A stretch of 61,197 nucleotides of DNA from Chlamydiota bacterium. GTDB taxonomy: Bacteria > Chlamydiota > Chlamydiia > Chlamydiales > JAAKFR01. The stretch is taken from contig JABDDZ010000002.1 in NCBI GenBank assembly GCA_013287335.1, positions 1-61,197 on the forward strand, given 5' to 3'. How positions within the stretch are numbered: the first letter of the stretch is position 1; every line of letters begins with the position of its first letter. Position numbers and translations under genes: made by a program. A model generated the notes under the pieces. It worked only from the letters and a program-made list of their open reading frames with translations, did not search any database and had not been told where the DNA came from. This document shows, piece after piece, positions 9,772-18,952 of this stretch.

Positions 9772-11286
9772 ATGATAAGGAAACGATTTGTTTTATTCTG
9801 CCTTGCAGAATTTTTCTTCAAGCATCCGGCGCTAATGGCAGGGATGACGCTCTACTTCAGTGCCTTTTTTTTTCTTGGCTCTGTTTTTTCCCTCCTCTAC
9901 TTCTCGCTTTTTATCTTCCCCATTGGATTCTTATATCCTAAAAGAGCGCTTCTACTAATCATTCTCTTCTTTCTTTCCACTTCTCTATTCTCTTATTGGC
10001 ATCTTTACCCTAAAAGTAATGACGAGGGAAGAGCCACTCTTGTGATCACGGAAGTGAGGGAAAAAACTCACCTTTTTGATCGGAAAGTGTGGGAGCTGCG
10101 AGGCAATTTAAAAGAGTTCATTTCAAAAGATGGAAAAAAAATAGCGGCTCACATTCCCTATGTAACCACTATTTCAGAAAAAGTCGGAAGGCCGGAGGCT
10201 AATGCTCTCTACGAAGTTGAAGGGTCGATTACTATTCAAAAAAATAGAAAAGCAAGACTCAGGGTACCTACCCATTCTGCGTGGAAGAGAGTGAAAAAAA
10301 AATGGGCAAGCCCAGAATTGCGCTTCCATCTAAAGAAAAGGTTTCAAGCTTTCCTCGAAAAAAAGTTTACAAATAAGGAGGCAAGCCGATTTCTTGGAGC
10401 TCTTGTCACTGGAGATCTGGATGATAGTGTGATGCGGAAGGAATTTTCGAGGCTGGGGCTTACACATCTTTTAGCCATTTCGGGTTTTCATTTCTCGCTT
10501 CTAGCATTTTTTTTCTATCTTCTTTTCAAAATCTTCCTGGAACCGAAAAAACTTGCTCTTCTTCTTTTATTTCTTCTAACGGGATATTTGCTCTTTATTG
10601 GAAAAAGCGCATCGATTGAAAGATCTTACATTATGATTGCCACCTATCTGATTAGTGGCTTTCTTAAAAAGAGGTACACTCCCCTAAATAGTTTGGGGAT
10701 TGCAGCAATTGTGATTATTATAAGAGATCCAACTGCAATTCTTGAGATAGGATTTCAATTTAGCTTTCTTGCAACGGGAGCCATTCTCCTTCTCTATAGT
10801 CCTATTGAAAAGCTCCTAGAAATGGCCCTTCCTAAAAGACCTCTCTCTACTATCTTGGCTTTCTCCCTATTAGAGCAGCATGCGCTTCTCCTGCTTGCCA
10901 TTTTGCGCAAATCTCTCTCACTCACCCTCTCGATCACCCTTGCTCTCGCTCCCCTCTTACTCTTCTACTTTCACAATTTCCCGCTCATCTCCCTGCTAAT
11001 AAATCTCTTTTTCCCTTTTCTTGTAAGCATTAGTCTCTTTCTTCTTTTTCTTGCGCTTATCATTCCCTGGGATCTTCTGCATTCGATCAATAACGCCTAC
11101 ACAAGTTACCTTCTTACCCTTACAGCCTTTCCTCCCACCCCTTTAAATAAAACGCTCTGGATCTCTTCTTTCCCTCTTTGGCTTGTCATCCCCTACCTTA
11201 TCATCCTCTTCCTAGGCGCTATCATCCTAAGAGAATATACGGAAAAAAAGAAGGCCTACGGCGCCTTCTCCCCCTTCTTCGTCTAA
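9772..11286 (+). CDS. comEC: ComEC/Rec2-family DNA internalisation channel protein
   Basis: 504 aa polytopic membrane protein with the competence-domain block RLGLTHLLAISGFHFSLL. Its position next to the PTS genes matches Chlamydiaceae. Confidence 0.8.
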   Translation: MIRKRFVLFCLAEFFFKHPALMAGMTLYFSAFFFLGSVFSLLYFSLFIFPIGFLYPKRALLLIILFFLSTSLFSYWHLYPKSNDEGRATLVITEVREKTHLFDRKVWELRGNLKEFISKDGKKIAAHIPYVTTISEKVGRPEANALYEVEGSITIQKNRKARLRVPTHSAWKRVKKKWASPELRFHLKKRFQAFLEKKFTNKEASRFLGALVTGDLDDSVMRKEFSRLGLTHLLAISGFHFSLLAFFFYLLFKIFLEPKKLALLLLFLLTGYLLFIGKSASIERSYIMIATYLISGFLKKRYTPLNSLGIAAIVIIIRDPTAILEIGFQFSFLATGAILLLYSPIEKLLEMALPKRPLSTILAFSLLEQHALLLLAILRKSLSLTLSITLALAPLLLFYFHNFPLISLLINLFFPFLVSISLFLLFLALIIPWDLLHSINNAYTSYLLTLTAFPPTPLNKTLWISSFPLWLVIPYLIILFLGAIILREYTEKKKAYGAFSPFFV

Positions 11287-13202
11287 ACCTTTATGTAATC
11301 AGCCCAGGGTTCTTTCTTGATTGAGGGCATAAAGTAGGGTCTAAAGCTCAGTCTTGATGCTGGTTCTTTCTCACACGAATCGGGGTTAATTTTATAACTA
11401 AATGTTATCTTTGGTAGACCGGCAAATAATTGTGCAATGCCAGTTTGTTTGTATTGATGGGCGATTGCCAGGGCAGTCTGCCCTTTATTGTTAACAAGGG
11501 AAGTATTTGCGCCCCTTGCAATTAGCGCTTTTACAATAGGTGCATGTCCTTGCCAGGATGCTAGCATCAGCGCACTCCACCCCTCTCCATCTTGTGCATT
11601 TATCAAAGCTCCTTTACTTAAAAGCAATGTAACTATTTGCTCATGGCCATTACGGGCGGCTTGCATAAGAGCACTCCTATGGTATGCATTTGTGCAGGCG
11701 CCATTCACATCAGCACCTTCACAAAGCAACTTGTCAACTAGATCTCCATATCCATGTTCTGCTGCAATCACTAAAGGAGACCATTCGGGATATTTTCCTA
11801 ACATTTTGAACAGTTCCTTTTCCTGCAAAGACCATTGGAATAGCTGAATGGGAAAAGAATTGGCAAGCTGGAGCAAATTCCGATAAATACCAATAAGACG
11901 GTTTTGGTGATCGGAATCCTTTTTTTTAGATAGAGATTCCTGCTTCAAAAAGGCATCATACTTTTGAAATTGTGTATAAGTCGAAGAGGCAATGGCCAGA
12001 GAAAGTTTGTTTCCGCATGTAAGGCCAAAGTTAAAGCCGCGAAAAAAAGGGAGGCCGCAACCCGCATCCCCCACTAGGGACCAGACAGTGTCTCGATGGC
12101 TTCCTCTATGGCACTCTTCTATCTTCCAATTTTTTATAAAACTTTCACTAGCGTAAGTTCGTAAAGGAAAGACGGTGATTTTTTCTTGATAGTTTAAATC
12201 CCGCTCTTCATTAAAATAATGCTGCCTTGTTCCAAACCAAAGATAAATATCTGAAAGAAGACGAGTAGACATTTGGTCACTCTTGAAGTTAAAGGGATGT
12301 TGCATATCAGCCCCTTTCATTCCCTCATAGGTGAGTTTATCAATTGCAAAGCAGAGCGTTGTCACTTGAGGATCTTTTCTGCTCCTATACTCGCGCACTA
12401 AAGGAAATGAGATCGCTTTGTGGGTTTGATAGCGTGTTGTCAAGGCATAGATCGATCCACGGTCACATTCTACTGCTTGTTTGGTTCTATATTTCACATT
12501 TGCAATTAACTCACCCTCAACATTAAAGGCATAGTTATCATTAAAGATCTCTTTCCTAATCCTGCTTCTTGAACCATCTGCCCCTATAAAGAATTTAGCA
12601 TTAGGAAAATCGTCATGTAATGATAGGGGTGTGGCAACCTCTAATCCTGTTAAAACACAGATATCTAATTTAGCCGCTAATTGAGAGAGTTTGGATTCAA
12701 TCTCTTGGATAGGAACAATTTTCCGCCCTTTCAGTTCATCAACAAAATACTGTAGATCAGGATGATAAGGAATATTTTTGAAAGAACTCTCTTCAACATG
12801 CAACTCCTGTTGACGCTTATATTCAACCCTTTTTTCCATGACAAATATGTTAAGCTTAGCATTCCTGATTTTTGCTAAAATCGCCGTCCAAAGACCCACA
12901 GGACCTCCGCCAACAATCACAACGTCTGCCTCTAGCTGACGAATACATAGCTCAACAGCCTTAGCTTTTTTTAAGAGAGAAGAATGATTATCGAGAAAAG
13001 TATGCTTGCCATTATTATAAATACGAGGCTGTCCATTGATGATCCACATTAGATAGTAAATCTTATGGAGCACATTTAATCCCTCATTCCTAAACACAGG
13101 GTTATCCACAAATGCGGTAGATGCCTTTCCCCCTTTAAATTCGCTTAAAGCCCCTCGCAGCACCGGCAATGCTTCACGATAGACATTCACTATCGATCCC
13201 AT
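11283..13202 (-). CDS. Class A FAD-dependent monooxygenase fused to C-terminal ankyrin repeats
   Basis: 639 aa with the Rossmann motif DVVIVGGGPVGLWTA, the DG motif FIGADGSRSRIR and the GD motif LVGDAGCGLPFFRGFNFG. About 4 ANK repeats follow (SPLVIAAEHGYGDLVDKLL, RSALMQAARNGHEQIVTLLL, WSALMLASWQGHAPIVKALI, QTALAIAHQY). Confidence 0.8.
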   Translation of the reverse strand: MGSIVNVYREALPVLRGALSEFKGGKASTAFVDNPVFRNEGLNVLHKIYYLMWIINGQPRIYNNGKHTFLDNHSSLLKKAKAVELCIRQLEADVVIVGGGPVGLWTAILAKIRNAKLNIFVMEKRVEYKRQQELHVEESSFKNIPYHPDLQYFVDELKGRKIVPIQEIESKLSQLAAKLDICVLTGLEVATPLSLHDDFPNAKFFIGADGSRSRIRKEIFNDNYAFNVEGELIANVKYRTKQAVECDRGSIYALTTRYQTHKAISFPLVREYRSRKDPQVTTLCFAIDKLTYEGMKGADMQHPFNFKSDQMSTRLLSDIYLWFGTRQHYFNEERDLNYQEKITVFPLRTYASESFIKNWKIEECHRGSHRDTVWSLVGDAGCGLPFFRGFNFGLTCGNKLSLAIASSTYTQFQKYDAFLKQESLSKKKDSDHQNRLIGIYRNLLQLANSFPIQLFQWSLQEKELFKMLGKYPEWSPLVIAAEHGYGDLVDKLLCEGADVNGACTNAYHRSALMQAARNGHEQIVTLLLSKGALINAQDGEGWSALMLASWQGHAPIVKALIARGANTSLVNNKGQTALAIAHQYKQTGIAQLFAGLPKITFSYKINPDSCEKEPASRLSFRPYFMPSIKKEPWADYIKV

Positions 13203-13329
13203 ATCTTCTCCTTATTAGTGATTTGAAGAACCCAGCCCTAAAGGGCATTGGGATTCTTTCTTAGGGGTTTGGATAAAGAACTGATTTACATGGCTCGCCT
13301 AACTCAGCCATAAGACCTACGATTGCGGC

Positions 13330-14010
13330 TTAGCTCCGTTCATGGATCTCATTATCATCAGCAGAAATGACCTCAACTTTAAAAATCACTAAGAGATTTG
13401 GATCAAATTTTCCGTAAGTTCCATAGGCCAGCTCCGGATGAATAAATAGCTGCCGTACCTCTCCTTCCATCATCCCTGAGACTCCTTGCGCAAATCCGGG
13501 AATTGTATTTTCAAGCATCACAGGAAGAGGTAAATCCCTTGAAATAATTTCTTCTTCTCCCCATCTGTTATAACTCCACACAGAATATGTCAATAAGGGT
13601 GTACTATTAGACTTAACCATCCTACCACCCCCATTTTTTAATCGTTTGTAGTAAAGTTTATTAGAAATAAGTTCTGTCACATCCTCTTTTGCTATCTTTG
13701 CTAAAAAAGTTTCAGCATCAGCTAAATTCTCTTCAGTTTGTTTTGCTAATAGCTTTTCTTGAAATTTCCGTATTTGTGCGTGCAATTTTTCTTCATTGCA
13801 AATGAGTTTGTCACCATTTTCAGCTGCTTGCATTCCGGCAATAACTTGTTCTAAGTCGTAGGGCATCTTAGGCCTTTGAAGATGTTCCTGCCAAAAAAGA
13901 TACCCTCGATAAAAGGAAAGCTCTTGCTTTTCATCAAGATCTTCTGTAGCTCCAAGCCTGCATATCCCTACTAAACTTGAAAGAAAGAGAAAGAAAAAAT
14001 AGTATCTCAT
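13330..14010 (-). CDS. FKBP-type peptidyl-prolyl isomerase, Mip-like, with signal peptide
   Basis: The C-terminal FKBP block is GFAQGVSGMMEGEVRQLFIHPELAYG...LLVIFKVEVI. The ORF track starts it at 14025. The start at MRYYFFFLFL (14010) gives a signal peptide and an ATGA overlap with the upstream gene. Confidence 0.8.
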   Translation of the reverse strand: MRYYFFFLFLSSLVGICRLGATEDLDEKQELSFYRGYLFWQEHLQRPKMPYDLEQVIAGMQAAENGDKLICNEEKLHAQIRKFQEKLLAKQTEENLADAETFLAKIAKEDVTELISNKLYYKRLKNGGGRMVKSNSTPLLTYSVWSYNRWGEEEIISRDLPLPVMLENTIPGFAQGVSGMMEGEVRQLFIHPELAYGTYGKFDPNLLVIFKVEVISADDNEIHERS

Positions 14011-14588
14011 TGAGGACACATCCATTGATTTAAGGTAACTTTTAAAAATGACCCTTGCAGATAGGCTTGATTCAGTTGGTGTTTTGTAGCTAAATAGTCC
14101 TTGTGCAGCTTCTCTGTTTCTGGACTTTCTTTTCGAGCTGCAAAAATTGGAGCTATGATCTTATCAAGAAAAAAATCGCTCCCATAAAGTTGAAAAGACT
14201 CATTCGAGAGAATATCATTGAGTTCATCTGCTAATGAAATGCCTTGAGACGAAGGGTAGCTCTCTTTTGAAGGATAGGAAAAAGTTCCATTATCATACAA
14301 GCCGACCAGAATTCGGCTGAATGGGAGTAAGGATTTTATCTCCTGTGCTGCAGAAAAAGGGGGGGTCATTTTTGCATTAAGTTCATGGCAAATATTTACC
14401 TTACGTTCAAAATTTGTAGAATTTATTTTCCCATATCCTAACAAAATACCTAATAGAGCAGAATTGCCATTTAATATCTCAATAACATCTCGTTCAGAGT
14501 AACAAAGTTCTTGCAAGAGCTGTTCTGAGTCGATGCGTCTATCTAGAATCTCCTGAAATGTATCGATGTTATCGGAAATTACTTTCAA
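14007..14588 (-). CDS. Hypothetical protein
   Basis: 193 aa ORF with a TTG start. Its stop overlaps the Mip-like start (ATGA). I recognise no motif. Confidence 0.5.
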   Translation of the reverse strand: MKVISDNIDTFQEILDRRIDSEQLLQELCYSERDVIEILNGNSALLGILLGYGKINSTNFERKVNICHELNAKMTPPFSAAQEIKSLLPFSRILVGLYDNGTFSYPSKESYPSSQGISLADELNDILSNESFQLYGSDFFLDKIIAPIFAARKESPETEKLHKDYLATKHQLNQAYLQGSFLKVTLNQWMCPQ

Positions 14589-14997
14589 AGGATATCGGAT
14601 TTCATGCTAAAAATAAACTGAATATTGACCCTCAATTATTGATTGTATAGTGGACATCTTCGATTAATACAGATATTGTTTCGATTATGCCATCCACAAC
14701 CAGGACATTGATAAGTAGCGGCGACGACGTACAATCCAGATGCATCTAATGCTACCAACCGTGCCAATGTTACATCGCCCGCTCCTGCTCATCCTGTAAT
14801 TAATTTCTGATTATAAATAACTTAAACAGCACATTTCCACGGCCTTGTTAGCTGATTTTACGGGGAGGGCCCACGCCCCCCTCCCCGAACCCCTCTCCCA
14901 CCCGAGCTTAAACCTATCTTGTGTAATAAGAATGGCTTTTCCTTAAAAAATGACATAGTCTAACATCTAAGTCAGATGTGCATTGAGAAAGTGAAGA

Positions 14998-15981
14998 ATG
15001 CAGAAATATATTTTACCTAAAAAATTAGCGCTGGGAGATGAAGTGCGGGTGATATCTCCTGCAAGAAGTATGAGCATTATCTCTCCTTCAGTGCGCTCAA
15101 TTGCACTTAAGAGATTGCAAGCACTAGGACTTGAAGTGAGCTTCTCAAAACACTGTGAGGAATGCGATGCGTTTTCTTCTTCTTCTGCAAGCTCAAGGAT
15201 TGAAGATATCCATGAAGCATTTTCGAATCCAAAAGTCAGAGCTATCCTCACAACGATTGGAGGATATAATTCTATTCATCTTTTGCATGGAATCGATTAT
15301 CAACTGATCCAAAAGAACCCAAAAATTCTTTGCGGATATTCCGATATCACAACTTTGCAAAATGCAATTTTTGCAAAAACGGGCCTGGTTACATTCTCCG
15401 GCCCTCATTTTTCCACTTTTGGTTGCTTAAGAGGAATTGAGTATGTGATAGACTACTTTCAAAAATGCCTTTTTTCCGATCAGACTCTTAGTGTTTCTCC
15501 CTCTGAGTTCTGGAGCGATGATGAATGGTACTTAAACCAGGAAAACCGCCTCTTTATAACCAATCCTGGACTACACGTGATTCAAGCTGGCAGAGCCTCG
15601 GGTATAATTATTGGCGGCAATGTGGATTCCCTAACTGTTTTGCAAGGAACAGAATTCATGCCCTCTCTTCAAAACAGCATCTTATTTTTAGAAGATAATT
15701 ACCCAATGACAGCGGAGATTTTCGATCGACATTTACACTCTTTAATCCTCCAGAGAGATTTTCACGGCGTAAAAGGGATCGTTATTGGTCGTTTCCAAAA
15801 AGCTTCAAATATTTCCATGGATGACCTTACAACCATTATTCATTCTAAAACAGCACTAAAGTCAATTCCTGTGATTGCCGGAGCTGACTTTGGCCATACG
15901 CTGCCTCTATTTACATTTCCCATTGGTGGAAGAGTCGAAATAGATACCTCCCCTGAAATAAACTTAAGATTCCTTCCTTAA
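14998..15981 (+). CDS. ldcA: LD-carboxypeptidase (peptidase S66, LdcA/MccF family)
   Basis: 327 aa with the nucleophile motif CGYSDITTLQ and the C-terminal motif GADFGHT. Confidence 0.85.
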   Translation: MQKYILPKKLALGDEVRVISPARSMSIISPSVRSIALKRLQALGLEVSFSKHCEECDAFSSSSASSRIEDIHEAFSNPKVRAILTTIGGYNSIHLLHGIDYQLIQKNPKILCGYSDITTLQNAIFAKTGLVTFSGPHFSTFGCLRGIEYVIDYFQKCLFSDQTLSVSPSEFWSDDEWYLNQENRLFITNPGLHVIQAGRASGIIIGGNVDSLTVLQGTEFMPSLQNSILFLEDNYPMTAEIFDRHLHSLILQRDFHGVKGIVIGRFQKASNISMDDLTTIIHSKTALKSIPVIAGADFGHTLPLFTFPIGGRVEIDTSPEINLRFLP

Positions 15982-16015
15982 ATAGATTTATATCATTATC
16001 TCAATTTTCTATAAC

Positions 16016-16114
16016 TCAGGCTTACAGCCTGAAAATTCTTTTTTTCAGCTTACCTGGGGCGTTGCCGCAGGCTATTATATTTCAGGCCATTGGCCTGTTC
16101 AGGGCGTTGCCCTG
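16016..16114. repeat. Three REP-like palindromic units (CAGGSN-loop-NSCCTG)
   Basis: TCAGGCTTACAGCCTGA lies at 16016-16032, CAGGCCATTGGCCTG at 16083-16097 and CAGGGCGTTGCCCTG at 16100-16114. A further copy, CAGGGCAACGCCCTG, lies at 36472-36486. Confidence 0.7.
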
Positions 16115-16129
16115 ATTTCTTTTATAAAC

Positions 16130-16277
16130 AAAGAGCCCTTTCTCTGTGTTCTCTGCCTCGACTTTAGGATTTTTTACCCTAAAGAATAAAAATAGAGATG
16201 GGGCACGCACGCGGGCAACCCCGACTCTGAATTAATGGGTTAAAATAAAAATCCTAAAGTCGAGTCTGTGGGCTCTT
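16130..16277. repeat. Inverted-repeat element (AAAGAGCCC...CTCGACTTTAGGATTTT arms) enclosing a fragment of the GGGCACG repeat
   Basis: The left arm (16130-16174) and the reverse complement of the right arm (16247-16277) share AAAGAGCCC and CTCGACTTTAGGATTTT. The interior carries GGGGCACGCACGCGGGCA (16200-16217). Confidence 0.7.
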
Positions 16278-16338
16278 TGGTAAATTTTTTATTTTTAGAT
16301 CTTTGCAAAAGAGACTCGAGGGGAAAATGTACTCCCAA

Positions 16339-16905
16339 CTATGGACTTTGGCCCGGTCCAATGTCACTTTTCAAATTAAATTGGGAATAGTAGAGGAGGG
16401 TGCAAATGGTTTTGGCGTCTTTGATTTGCCCCGTGCGGATGAGGTTGAGGGCGTTGGAGAGGGAGATTTTTTCCACTTCAATCTCCTCGGTTTCATCTAG
16501 AGATTGTTTGTGAAAGGTGAGCTCTTTTGCTAGGAATACATAGAGGATCTCATTGCAAAAACCGGGGGAGGCATAAAATTGAAAGAGAGGAAGGGTTGAA
16601 TTGGCACGGTAGCCCGTCTCCTCTTCAAGCTCTCTTTTTGCGCAAGTGAGAGGATCTTCATGGGGCTCAAGAGTTCCAGCCGGAAGTTCTAAGAGAGTTT
16701 GACAGACGCTTTGGCGCACATTCTTAATCATAAGAAGATGCGAAGAGTCAAGAATAGGAAGGATTACAACAGCTCCCGGATGGTCAACTACTTGACGCTT
16801 AAAGCTTTTTTCACCTGCTTTTGCATCTATTTCAAGAACATCAAACCGAGATCCTTTAAAAATGCGGTTGGGGTTTTTATAGATAAAATTTCCGCGCGTT
16901 TCCAT
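16339..16905 (-). CDS. NUDIX hydrolase (ADP-ribose pyrophosphatase-like)
   Basis: The Nudix box is GTLEPHEDPLTCAKRELEEETGY. The ORF track begins at 17082 inside the E1 gene. The ATG at 16905 (METRGNF) lies 1 nt downstream of the E1 stop and gives a typical length of 188 aa. Confidence 0.85.
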   Translation of the reverse strand: METRGNFIYKNPNRIFKGSRFDVLEIDAKAGEKSFKRQVVDHPGAVVILPILDSSHLLMIKNVRQSVCQTLLELPAGTLEPHEDPLTCAKRELEEETGYRANSTLPLFQFYASPGFCNEILYVFLAKELTFHKQSLDETEEIEVEKISLSNALNLIRTGQIKDAKTICTLLYYSQFNLKSDIGPGQSP

Positions 16906-16906
16906 T

Positions 16907-18940
16907 TTAATATTGAATAAGTTTGCGGATAGCGCGTTCCAAATCCTGCGGCTGTGGCAGCACTTCGCTTTCCAAAATTTTACTATAAGGTATTGCTGAG
17001 TCAAAACCGCAAAGCCGGGCAATGGGTCCGTCGAGATATTCAAAAGCTTCCTCCGAAATGCGCGCGGCAATTTCTGCGCCAAAGCCGCAATTGCGAGGAG
17101 CCTCGTGCACGATCAGGAGCTTTCCTGTCTTTTTAACAGAGTCGAGTATAGAGGCTATATCTAAGGGAACAAGGGTGCGCAGATCGATCACTTCAATGGA
17201 GATTCCCTCCTGCAAAAGCTTCTCTGCCGCCTCATCAGCATATTGCACCATCATACCCCAAGCGACAACTGTCAGGTCGCTTCCCTGACGAACAATAGAG
17301 GCCTCTCCAAAGGGAATGAGCCTCTCTTTTGAGGGCTCGACTCTTGCCGCAAATTTCTGCTGTCTGTAGAGAGCTTTATGCTCTAAAAAAATCACCGGAT
17401 TGGGATCGCGGATCGCCGTCTTTAAGAGTCCTTTGGCATCCGCGGCATTGCTTGGAATTACAATTTTGAGTCCGGGGCAGTGAGATAAAAATCCCTCGAT
17501 GCTCTGTGAATGGTAGGGCCCCCCTTGGATATATCCCCCAAAAGGCATTCTAATAACAAGAGGCACCTCCCACTCTCCATTTGAGCGGTAGTAGATGCTT
17601 GATGCCTCATTAAAGAGTTGATTGATTCCCGTCCAAAGATAGTCTGCGAATTGAATCTCTGCAACAGGGCGATGGATCCCATCAACGGCCATTCCAATAG
17701 CAATTCCAATAATCGTTGATTCGGCAAGAGGGGTGTTAAAGCAGCGCATTGCGCCATATTTTTCTGTCAAACGGCGGGTGATTCCAAAGACTCCCCCCTT
17801 CCCCCTTGCTACATCCTGCCCAAAAACAACAACATGTGGATCGAGAGCCATCTCCTCGTCAAGGGCATGATTGATTGCATCCATCATGACAATCTTCTCC
17901 CCCCTCTCTTCTGGAGTGATCAAGGAAGCAAGAGGCCGATAGGGGGCAAAGACATTTTTGCGGCTGCTGCCAGCTTCAGGAAATGGAATCGCCTCAGCTT
18001 GAGCAGCTGCAACTTCAACCTCTTCTCTTGCCTGGTTTTCAATCTCTTTCATCTCCTCTTGCCCGGCAATTTCAGAATCAGCGAGCCATTTAGCAAAACG
18101 CAGGATAGGGTCCCGTTCTAAATCAGCTTGAACAATCTCTTCTGTTTTATACTTTTTGGGGTCATCGCTAGCACTATGAGCCCCCAAACGGGGAACAGAG
18201 GCAATAATCACACTCGGCCCCTTTGTTTTGACCCCACGCGCTTTTGATAGCGCAGATTGCATTGCAGAGGAGAGAGCCTCATAGTCCGTTCCATCTACCT
18301 CAAAAACAGAGAGGCCCTTGTAACCTCTGCAGACATCTCCAATTGACCCTCCTGCTGTCTGCTCTGCAATGGGCACTGAAATTGCCCACCCATTATTCTG
18401 AACAACAAAGATTACAGGAAGAGCATGGATAGAAGAAAAATTGAGAGCTTCATGGAAATCTCCCTGAGATGTCGCTCCCTCACCGCAGGAGACATAGACA
18501 ACCTCATCCTTTCCAAGATGTTTGATTGCCCACCCTTTGCCCGCAGCCTGCAGAAATTGCGAACCGACAACACTGGATTGGCAGACGATACGGAGCTCTT
18601 TATGAGAGAAATGGTTAGGCATCATCCGTCCACCCGAATGATTTTTGGTTGCCCTTGCTAGAAAGGCGCCAAAAATCTCCGTGAGATCACAGCCTAATCC
18701 GAGAGCAAAAGGCTGGTCGCGGTAGTAGGGAAATGACCAATCTTTGCCGGGTATAAGAAGTTTTGCTAAAGTAACTCCAATGAGCTCATGGCCGGCGGAA
18801 GAGAGCTGGAAGGTGCCCCCCTTATTCTGCTTTGCAAGCTTTGCTGTCTTCTCATCAGTAAAGCGAGAAATAAGTAGCGTTTTATAGATATCTAAAAGAG
18901 CCTCTTTCTTTAAAGAAGCTTTTTGCAAAGAGTCGACCAT
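16907..18940 (-). CDS. 2-oxoacid (pyruvate or branched-chain) dehydrogenase E1 component, fused alpha-beta subunits
   Basis: 677 aa. The N-terminal half is like the TPP-binding alpha subunit (YVSCGEGATSQGDFHEALN) and the C-terminal half is like the beta subunit (VFGQDV...GGVFGITRRL, RCFNTPLAES). It sits upstream of dnaJ, as the fused E1 does in Chlamydiaceae. Confidence 0.88.
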   Translation of the reverse strand: MVDSLQKASLKKEALLDIYKTLLISRFTDEKTAKLAKQNKGGTFQLSSAGHELIGVTLAKLLIPGKDWSFPYYRDQPFALGLGCDLTEIFGAFLARATKNHSGGRMMPNHFSHKELRIVCQSSVVGSQFLQAAGKGWAIKHLGKDEVVYVSCGEGATSQGDFHEALNFSSIHALPVIFVVQNNGWAISVPIAEQTAGGSIGDVCRGYKGLSVFEVDGTDYEALSSAMQSALSKARGVKTKGPSVIIASVPRLGAHSASDDPKKYKTEEIVQADLERDPILRFAKWLADSEIAGQEEMKEIENQAREEVEVAAAQAEAIPFPEAGSSRKNVFAPYRPLASLITPEERGEKIVMMDAINHALDEEMALDPHVVVFGQDVARGKGGVFGITRRLTEKYGAMRCFNTPLAESTIIGIAIGMAVDGIHRPVAEIQFADYLWTGINQLFNEASSIYYRSNGEWEVPLVIRMPFGGYIQGGPYHSQSIEGFLSHCPGLKIVIPSNAADAKGLLKTAIRDPNPVIFLEHKALYRQQKFAARVEPSKERLIPFGEASIVRQGSDLTVVAWGMMVQYADEAAEKLLQEGISIEVIDLRTLVPLDIASILDSVKKTGKLLIVHEAPRNCGFGAEIAARISEEAFEYLDGPIARLCGFDSAIPYSKILESEVLPQPQDLERAIRKLIQY

Positions 18941-18952
18941 CTGTTTAATCTC

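Noticed and set aside
9772..11286. comEC considered as part of a competence or DNA-uptake island.
   Set aside because: It is a single gene in the position conserved in Chlamydiaceae. No comEA, pilus or dprA genes are nearby.
16906..17082. N-terminal 59 codon extension of the NUDIX ORF.
   Set aside because: The extension overlaps the 3' end of the E1 gene in another frame. The internal ATG at 16905 gives a normal-sized NUDIX protein immediately after the E1 stop.
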